Assembly: GCA_964016885.1 (NCBI GenBank)
Contig: OZ024743.1
Span: forward strand, 150,784,001 to 150,848,000
Source of the DNA: Eledone cirrhosa
Taxonomy: Eukaryota
Reading direction: 5' to 3'
Length of the DNA: 64,000 nucleotides
The stretch's first letter is position 1. Each line of letters begins with the position of its first letter. Of the stretch, positions 54,325 through 64,000 are shown one piece after another. Position numbers and translations under genes: made by a program. The notes under the pieces were generated by a model that was given only the letters and a program-made list of their open reading frames with translations, was not told the origin of the DNA and did not search any database.

Positions 54325-54920
54325 AGAGAAGGCTGCGTTGGTATGGACACGTGATGCGCATGAAAGTCGATAGCTGTATTACAAAGTGCAGGGCAATAAA
54401 GATAGACGGTAGCCACGGAATAGGCAGACCTAGAAAAACATGGGATGAGCTGATAAACTCCGACCTCACACACTTACACCTCTCCAAGACAATGTCACTG
54501 GACCGTGACCTTTGGCGGTACTCAGTAACAGAGAAGACCCGCCTTGCCAGTAGGCATCTCTAACAAAATACACCCCGTCCGCCACCACCCCCACCCCATC
54601 CACACCACCCCGTTCTATGTAAAGTTATGTTGGTGCCGCGCCATCCAGGCCGAAACAAATGAGATCGTGTAGGTGTCACGACAAAAAAACACACAGTCCA
54701 CGCTGTAATGTGGCCGTGTAGGCAACACGGTAAAAACCTCCCAGACCCACACTGTAAATGTGGTTGGTGTTAGGAAGGGCATCCAACTGTAGAAAACCTG
54801 CCAGACAGTCCTATGCGAGCAAGACAATCACTCTTGCCTCAAGTGGGACTACCCCCGTCCAAACCCATGCAAGCGTGGAACACGGACGTTAAACGTTGAT
54901 GATGATGATGATGATGATGA
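54325..54920 (+). mobile_element. RTE LINE 3' end, same family as 47143-48740
   Basis: ORF 54351-54563 is nearly identical to the end of ORF 47311-48234; (GAT)n tail. Confidence 0.9.
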
Positions 54921-55264
54921 TATATGTGTGTGTATAATTAGTTCCAACAGTGGCATATGCAGATACTTAAATTTTGTTGAATTATTTTGCCAACTCATTC
55001 AGTTAAATTTATATGCATCCTTTTAGTCCCTGTCCTTTTCATGAATAAACAATTTTCCCCTTTGTTTAATTAACATGGTGGGGGGGAGGGGGTGCTGTTG
55101 ACTTTGGCATTTATGGATGTATATATTTGTAGTTCTATACTTGTGAGTATAACTATATGTTTAGGTGGGTGTTGTGTTTAAAGGGTTTTTATTCCTATCT
55201 TCATTGATCTTAATGTGGATAACAATATTTCTTGTACATGTAAATACATATGTATGCATGCATT

Positions 55265-55306
<42 letters not shown>

Positions 55307-56299
55307 TCTCTCTCTCTCTCTGTGTTTGTGTATGAATGTGTACTTTAGATGTGTGTCTGTATTTTTTCATATGCACACATATACATATGCTTTCTTCTAG
55401 GTATAAATGCACTTTTTATATATATGTGTACACTACACACTTAGTTTTTTGTTTTAATATTTATCATTTATGTGTAAGTTATACTTATATATTTAAATTT
55501 AATCATACTTTTAGTTTTCAATATAAGTATGATTAAATTCTATTATCTATTAATAATTCACATAGTAAATCATACAGTATGTAGTTTATGATGATATAAT
55601 TAGATTTACTGCGTTTGTCCCAACCTTGTAATACTACTTTTGTTTCTACTTTGATCTGCTGTTAGTGTAGGCACTGTATATAATTATATCCTTATATATT
55701 GTTAATTGTAGTTGTTTATCTTTCTATTGTACCCTTCTGTCTCTAGGTGGGAATATCTATATGTACACTCACATCAGTGGGAATGTTTATCTATACATGT
55801 ATCATGTATCACATACACCTTTTATAGCAATGAAAGGATAACTATGTGTTTATGAACACTTTACAAACATTGGTATACTACAGAAATATTAATATGTGCA
55901 TTTAAGTATTTAATGCTTCATTTACATTATTTTTTGTGTTTATACCGTTTCTTGCATTTGATATATTGTGTTTATCCATTTATGCACACATGGCCTTGCG
56001 AGTCCATTCTCTTACGGAAATCTTTTAAACAGCTAATTAAAATCACCTGTATCCAATACATTTTTATCTTAATGTATATTTTCTTTTATTTTGGCAATGG
56101 TGGAATTGATAAATTCGCATTGTTTTTTATTAACACTAAATTGGTAAACTTATATTTTATAAAAGGGTGTTGTAGTTTTGTAGTTTGTTTGAAGCATTAT
56201 GTTAGTATATAAATTAATATGTTATTCGAAATCTATGGCAATGCAAAATGGACAGTAGATTTTGGAATAAATTGAAGGCAATGAAGATGCTGGTGTGGC

Positions 56300-57200
56300 A
56301 CCTGTCATGTTATTTACATGTCCTAATATTTCGGATCTAAAAACCCATCATCAGAAGACTATAATGAGAAACTGGCTTGAGGTTTGTGCTTTTGTTGTTA
56401 GAGGCCTGCTATTTTTTCCTTCCTTTGTAAACGGTGGTCTATTTATAGCTGTCAGAAGTGATGAGAGAAGGGTGTCGTCAGTGGACTGACATGTATATAA
56501 TGTTGTGTGTGTGTTCTTGTCAAATATTGTGTGATTTTATTTATGTTTTTATGTCAATTTTTTTTTATGCAAATGTTGTCAAGTAGCAATAGTTTAGATA
56601 ATTTAGCTATTCTGGATTGAGTTACGTTTGAGCTGTGTATGCATGCGTGTATATGTTGAATATTGTGTATATGTTGAATAGTTGTAATTGCCTATTAGAG
56701 TTAGCTATTATGCATGTATGCATTATTATGTCAAACGTTACATCTGTATGCTTTTATGTTATGTATTGCATGCTGAGTTCTATTCTGTTGATTTGTGGAT
56801 TAAGCTTAGCTATTAGTATTCCTTCTTTAATTCTAACGTTGCCTAACTTCCTATCCCTGGTTTCAATAGTAACTGTTATGTCTTTATTGTAGTTTTTGCA
56901 TGTGTCTAAGTGTTTCCTGAAGGAGGATGCATGTGTATTGAAATATTCTTTAATGTGGGTGTGACAAGGTCTAATGGTACTATCAATGTAAAAGTCCCTG
57001 CATTTGTGACATTGAATGTGGTATATCACATATGCTCACTGGTACGTAACTGCATCACAAATGAAGCAATTTGCCTGTGTGTATTGGCCATTGTCCTCAT
57101 AGTGAAGGGTCAGAGTGGATTAATTGTTTGTCTAACTTTGTAAATTATTAATATAACTTACTTCAATATGAATAATTTGTTTACCTTTTCAGTAAATGGT
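56300..57200 (-). mobile_element. 3' fragment of a non-Naiad PLE (GIY-YIG endonuclease and 3'UTR with HHR)
   Basis: ORF 56754-57029 (IYHIQCHKCRDFYIDSTIRP..IKEY..IKEGILIAKLNPQINR) is a GIY-YIG domain with an internal CxxC. Confidence 0.75.
56320..56359 (-). ncRNA. Minimal hammerhead-like motif downstream of the PLE endonuclease
   Basis: GTCTT-CTGATGA-T-GGGTTT tt AGATCC-GAAA-TATT-AGGAC. Confidence 0.55.
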
Positions 57201-57509
57201 GTTCTACTACTTTTTCAGGGACTGTTAATATAAACTGGCAGACTAATGTTAACAATCTTAATCGTGTTTGAAGAGATTGCAATTGTTTTTAATCTTAATT
57301 GTGAATTAATTGTATTTTTATCAGCACTAATTAATTGAAACATATATCAAATATGATACATATATTTAGTTAACTTTCTCTAATCTTATCTAAATATATA
57401 TATATATATCTATACATATATAATTAAGCTTCAGCTTAACTGTATACTTACATATATGTGAATTTTGTAAATCTAAAGATATACAGTATGTTTAATAAAT
57501 GTATACATA

Positions 57510-59400
57510 CATGTTCACTGTTACTTCTTGTCAAAAGAGTGCCATCCCTTCATTGAACATTGCACGATCAAGTACATGAAAGTGACTTTTCAGACTAGCT
57601 TTTGTTTTGTAAGCACATTCACAAATGTAACACTTGAACAATCTATCTTCTGGCATTACCGACTGCTGTGTGTCTTTATGCTTTCTATCATGTCTGGTCA
57701 GTCCACTAGCTGACTTGCAAATTGAGCCACACTCATTGCAAATGTACTGCAGAAGGTGTGGCTGTAGAACCATCTCACAGTTGGCTCAATTTCTATCTGG
57801 CTCATGTGACTTTAGATGGTTGACACATCCTGCTCTTCTTAGAATAAATCATCCACATACATTGCACCTGAAATCCTGCTGAATTTTTACAAGCACTGCA
57901 CTTGGGTCCTGCTTATGGAGTGAATGCTCCAAAGCAGCAACTCCACTCACTTTTTCTCAAAGACATGACATCCATATTGGATGATTATTCTCCATTATGT
58001 ATAGCCTTCAGTCAAAGCCTCTTAGTTCTCCATATCAATCTTCAGAGCTTTAAAATTGCCTTTTATGATATCCCTAAACCACTTCTTTGGTTTATGATGC
58101 TGCCTTTTTCCTCTGGTCAGTATTCCATAAAATATCTGTTTAGGCAGCCTTCCATCTTCCATCCCGAGTACATGACCAGCCCAATGCATCTGCTTCATAA
58201 TAATTCTCCTCTCAATACTGGTGCTGCCTGTTTTCTCATGTACAGTAGCATCAGGTGTGGAAGAGGACCACTTGATGTTTAGGATGCATTGGATACAATG
58301 CTGATGAAGCCTTGATATGATGCCTGTAAGAACACAGGCCTCATTCACAGACAGATTTGTATCTCTTGCTTCTCAAGCTTCCTAAAGGCAAGGCTCTGTT
58401 TTGCAATATCTACTAAGTGTAATTCCAAGATATACAAAGTTGTCCACCACTTCATGTCTTTTCCCTCTCACAAAAATGTCTGTCTCCACACACACATCCC
58501 CAACTGGTGGAGTGTACATGGCCTTTGTCTTTTTTATATTAATACAAACTAATATAAACACAATGCATGCATTGTAGAAAATGTCAAATATCAACTGCTC
58601 TACTGTGTGAGCCAAAAATCTGCATTATCAACACACAGGGACTCCCTGAAAAGATATCCAAAGGTTTTGGACTAGGTGTTAAAGCATTTTAGATTAAAGA
58701 CTTTGCCAGAGGTTCTAAATCACAATTATACACTGATTTTGAAGTCTTGGAAGGTATATGTCAGCAGTACAGTGATTTAGATGGAGAACAGAGTGGGTAC
58801 TGGTAAGTTACCCTACTGAAATTGGCTCTGAAAGTGTCCCATTGAAGTTCACTTTTACCTTCATGTTTTGATGTAGTTTTTTTAATATTCCAACAAATTC
58901 AAGGGGGTATCCAAGTTTCCCCAATATGACCCATAATGCACTATGATTAACAGTATTGAAGGTTTTAGTAAGGTCCACAAATATTTGGTACAGTAGCATT
59001 CGCTGCTCAACACACTTCTCCGTAAACTGGAGGCCTGAGAAAATCATGTCCATAGTACCCTGAATCCACACTGGTCTCAGGAAGGGCACCAGAGCAGATC
59101 CATTTTATTAGACGATTTAGCAGGACTTTGGATAAAATATTTCCTACTGATTCGAGCAGACTCATATCATGATAATTACCAGACTTGAAGCCCTTGCCCA
59201 TGTAAATCAACAGCAAAATTGCACTTACCCAGCCATGCAGGACAAACTCACCATGCCATACAGATAAAACTAGCCCATAAAGTGCCATAACAACACTATC
59301 ATCTCCAAAGCAGATCAGCTCAAAAGATATTCCATCCAAACCTGAAGCTTTCCCTACGTTTATCTCTTTGATAGCAGACCTTATCTCATCAATGGTTGTA
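57510..59400 (-). mobile_element. Decayed RTE/BovB-like LINE with tandem C-terminal C2H2-like fingers
   Basis: FVDLTKTFNTVNH (58808-59089), VVDNFVYLG (58382-58615), HWAGHVLGMEDGRLPKQIFYG (58022-58348), and fingers in 57531-57880. Confidence 0.85.
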
Positions 59401-59989
59401 GATTAACAACTGTATGCATCCAACTTGTTAGGTGTGTATACTGCACTGCTTCCCCATCACTGCAGGATTTTGAAGAGATATCTGCACAAGGAAATCAAAG
59501 CAGCATGTGCATGTGCAACACACATGCTGCTCTCTAAGTATCAACAGCCAGAATCCAATAACAAGCAGACACAAGATGATTGGGAGCTGTATCAACTACA
59601 AGTTTTTCCAGATAAATAAATAAATAAATAAGATAAGATGAAATTAAAAAAATAATTATTGTGTCATGTTACTTTTGAGTGTTACTGGTAACATGTAACC
59701 CAGTACAACATGTTGCATGGTTAGGTCGTCGGTGACTAAACTGGCAACCCCACCAAGATTGTTTGATGAGGAAGGTGATTTTGGACACCCTGCAGGATGA
59801 AAAATAGATCTGAAAAAGGGCGGAGGAACTCATGAGAGTCAATGGCCATCCATAGTGTATACATATGTAAATATTGTGTGGGTATGTAAATATATATATG
59901 TGGGTGGGTGTGGGATTGCGTGTGCACGTTTGTATGTGAGTATATAATTATATATAAGTAAAATTTATTTTAAAACTTTTAAACCTTTA

Positions 59990-60485
59990 AATACATACAT
60001 GCATACATACATGCATACACACACACACACGCACGCACACATACACACACACACATACATACATACATACATACATGTATGTATACACACGTTTTCGAGT
60101 ACGGCCACTACTTTATATCCATGTAGGAGAACCCCTACCGATGCGCTGAACGAGTGTGACTTTTTAGTCCAGCCAGCGACTTGAAAACTCTGGTACAAAC
60201 ACTACACTTGTGACAATTATTGACACATAGTGCAGGGCCCATGGTACCATGTGACAACAAGTGCAGAGAGATCTCCAGATATAAAGCAATGCCTGTGCCG
60301 TGAAGCTTTTATAGTGAGCAAAGGCATTGCACAAAGCCAGTCCCACTCTCTTAACCAAAATGATATTTACCAAAAAGAAGAACAAGTCAACATCATTGGA
60401 TACCATCAGAGTTGCAGGTGTTATATCAGAGTTTTCCTTCTCCTAGAATTCTGCCTTGACAAAGGCTAAGGGGTCATCTCTCCCG
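59990..60485 (-). mobile_element. Bipartite non-autonomous RTE derivative (5'UTR joined to the 3' end) with a (TACA)n-type tail
   Basis: The minus strand has the RTE 5'UTR-like block ctaggagaaggaaaactctga, then a 3' segment encoding FKSLAGLKSHTR, all within about 400 bp between simple repeats. Confidence 0.6.
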
Positions 60486-61023
60486 TATACACATACACAC
60501 ACACATACATACATACATACATACATACATACATACATACATACATACATACATACATACATTCATTGTATACCAATATTCATTACCCATGTTTGGTGCG
60601 ATATATATTCAGTCATACTTTCTCATGGCTCATCAATTTAAAGAGAGAGTATTATCTTTCCTATACTAAGTAGAAACAAGTAATTGACTAAGCTTTAGAT
60701 GTCTTCAGTGACCAGAATCAGAGATATGGGAATTTTTGCATTATTGCATTAGTTTTGGGTGAACAAACATTGTAAACAATTGTCTTTCTCTCTTCATATA
60801 TAAAGATGTTATCAGTGCTAGGATACTGGTGTGGAATAAAATAATACTCGAGTGAATTTCATTGTAAACGTTGGTATGGGCAAATCAAGTTGGTATTTGC
60901 CAGGCTCTCTTTTTACTTATGACAAAACAAGTTATTATAGAGAAAACTAGAAACAAATTAGTGGTTCTTACAGCATTGCTTTACAAAGAATAAGGTAGTT
61001 GACTGCTTAGTGTTTAGGAGAGA

Positions 61024-61480
61024 AATCATCATCACTGTTTAACATCTATTTTCCATGCTAGCATGGGTTAGACGAGTTGTCCCATTGTGAGACAAGCCAG
61101 GTCAGGTGACTGTCTTGCTCATACAGAACTGATTTGGGCTTGGTTTCTACATCTAGATGGCCTTAACAATGCCAACCACATTTACAGTGTGGGGTGGACA
61201 CTTTTGTCATGTCACCAACATGACCACATTATAGTGTGTGCTGGGCGCTTTTTGTCATGGCATCAAAACAACCACATTACAGTGAGGACTGAGGACTTGG
61301 GTGGAGGAGGTGCATGGGGATTGGGGAGGCAGATCTACAGGCATGGGTAGGGTATGAGGGTGTGGGTGGAGTGTTAGGACGTAGGTGGGGTGTTACAACA
61401 TGGGATGTGTATGGAAGGGGAGATGGAGGGGAAGGTGGTGCATACTAGATGTATGCCTCAACACAGGCATATAGGAAGGC
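61024..61480 (-). mobile_element. RTE 3'UTR fragment
   Basis: Close match to 18410-18945. Confidence 0.75.
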
Positions 61481-62349
61481 ATTGATAAATTTCATATGTA
61501 CTACTAATATACCTCATTTAAAATTGTATCATGTAGAGATAATATTAGAAGCAGTAACATCCTTATCCAGTGAAAACTGGGTGGAATTAAGGCATTTATA
61601 ATGTTTAGGAATTTTGCTCATGTGCTGAAATGAAGAATAATCATTGTCAGGTCACTCCTGAATGCTACAGGTAACATGTAACCCAGTACAACCTGTCACA
61701 TAGTCAGGTTGTTGTCATGTTGCACAGTCACTGAGACACATGGAGATGCCACAAAAGACCATCCAGTGCTAACCAGTGAAATCTACTACAGCTCTGTACA
61801 CTCTTAAATTAATCTATACATATGTACACACCCAAACAATATATACATATGTACACATTATTAGATGGCTGTTGACTCACATGAGTCCCTCTGCCCCTTG
61901 TCAGGTTTTGTTTTCCATCCTGCAGGGTGTCCAAAATCACCCTCCTCGCCAGGCAAACGTGGTGGGAGTGCCAGTTTAGTTGCCAACAACCTGATCAATG
62001 TGACAAGAGGAGTAAACCTCAATAAAACTCCTGCTTGTCTCATAGTAGTAAGAAGTAGCTCTTGCGATGATCATCAGTTTAATTAGATGACTTCCGTGTT
62101 GTGAACACCAATGGCTTCACAGATGATCAACTATTAATTTGACAATGAGTTGGCACAAGTGTTCAAGTTAGCAGAGAAATCTATGAGTATGCAAGTGTGG
62201 CAAGCCATATATATTCTAACCATTAGAAAAAGCAAAATGAATGCTTCACCTTCTAAAGAGGGCTGACTGAAGAAGAAGAGAAGAAAAATAGCCAACTAGT
62301 TACAATTTGGTATTCGTAGCAACCCTTACCTATTGTACTGACCGAAAGA

Positions 62350-62745
62350 ATATGATCACGAATACGAGTGTCTGAAATGGGGTTCCTCCAAAGGGTCTTT
62401 GGAGTAATGTTACTTGATAGAGTGCATAGCTCGGAGATCATAGAGTCACTCCAAGTAGAGCCACTACTTCTCCGGATTAGCAGATCACAGCTCTGATACT
62501 ATGGCCACATGGTTAGGATGCCTCAGGAAAGAATCACTAGGCAGATTTTATGGGCAAAACCAACTGGCAGGAGACCCAGGGGTAGACCCCAAGCAAGATG
62601 GTTGGATAACTTCCATGAGCTTGGCTGGTCTTGCTTGAGAATCCAGCTTGATCAGTTGGAGACGGTTGCTTCTGACAGGACCCACTGGAAGGAGTGTTTG
62701 AGGACTCAGCCCCCACGACCCTCTCAAGAAGAAGAAGAAGAAAGA
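62350..62745 (+). mobile_element. RTE 3' fragment with (AAG)n tail
   Basis: ORF 62509-62799 (HMVRMPQERITRQILWAKPTGRRPRGRPQARW); paralog of 21770-22140. Confidence 0.85.
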
Positions 62746-64000
62746 CAAGGATTCCTGAAAACATTTGTGCTTCATCAAGCTCTAAAAGAAGAGGATTAAT
62801 AATAAATATAATCAAAACATTACAACAAAGAGGAATATTTTAATGGAGGCAATAACTTTATATGCTTTGTGTGGATTTCTAGAAAGAATCAAGTTTACAC
62901 CAGTACTATCACTATCAAGTTCCCATTTATCTACAAAGTCCTTCAAAATCATTAAAAAATACAAAAAAAGAAATGAAATAGCCAAATGAAAAATACCTAT
63001 CACGTTCTACTGTCTTAAAAAAGGAAAGATATATTGGATAATTTATTCTACAGTAAAAAGAATGTATGGGACGGTCATCATAAGAATGTTGTTAATCATA
63101 GGCTCACTGGATAAGGCCTGATCTGGTGCTAAACAACCCATATGACAAAAATTGTTCTGGATTTCATTAAAATATATACTGGTCACAATTATCCTATCAT
63201 TATAAACGTTAACCTGAATCAATTTTTTAATATATATTCCGCTAAATTCAGCAGTAGATAATGTTTTTAATGTTTACTGAAACAAATAAGTAACAACATA
63301 CTGTATGCGTTTGTGTGTATGTGTGTGTGTGCATTTGTTTGGTTTATATGTGTGAAGTTCTATTACTTGCATAATTACATCATCCACTTCCATTTTACAG
63401 TTAAGTGATCAAGTGCCTAGCAGAAGAATGAAGATGTAACTGTAAAATTAGTTTGAAAATATCTAAATTTGCAGAGATCATCTATGTCTCGCAGATATAT
63501 CAAAGAACTGACATAAACCGTAGCATGTGGGTGTATGTTTGAATATATCTGACTACATATACATATTCAAAGTGATTTCTATTTTTAAAACACTATAGAG
63601 AAATAAAACTAATTCCAAAGTATTAAGAAAAATAGAAAATCTAAGAAGAAGATGTCTATAAAATAAATAATTTCTACAGCATATCAACATAGAATGTTAA
63701 GAATATGGAAGAACAGATTGTAGATTACAATTAAAGTTATTAAAAAACAATTTGTAGACATAAATTAAACCAAAAATCATTAAATTCTTTGTAATTAAAA
63801 TGAGAATATATATTAGCCTACATTCTTTAACAATCAAAAAAATTTTTTTCTGTCAATAACTATTTATCTTCCTAATTCAATACAAACAACATATTATATG
63901 CTTTAGTAGATATAAAATTTCAATATAAGTTATACAATATGTTGCATGAATAAGTATTGACAATTGCTAAAAAAAAATTTTTATCACTAATTATAATAAT

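Noticed and set aside
62812-63003. Minus-strand ORF with a polypyrimidine tract (DFVDKWELDSDSTG...)
   Set aside because: No convincing donor site and no homology I recognise.

Overview
AT-rich, microsatellite-dense animal DNA with no host protein-coding gene that I can support. The SINE, LINE and repeat style suggests an octopus-like cephalopod (inference). The window is a stack of mobile elements: RTE and CR1 LINE relics, tRNA/Nin-domain SINEs, a 5S-rRNA/RTE-tail chimera, mariner, piggyBac and hAT MITEs, a decayed Chapaev3-like DNA transposon, and several Penelope-like elements (PLEs). The main hidden signal is a hammerhead-ribozyme (HHR) retroelement system, with about 15 HHR or HHR-like motifs read by eye. 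Its three main components are: (1) a young, nearly intact Naiad-type PLE (27573-33691) with three HHRs; (2) a non-coding 317-bp tandem retrozyme-like array (44693-45620) with three identical HHRs; (3) a 2.7-kb non-coding palindrome (41894-44637) with an HHR-like motif in each arm. All three sit in (TA)n tracts and have an inverted-arm architecture. The first two also share the uncommon U3-A8 compensatory catalytic core. All structures were folded by eye; no database search or folding program was run.
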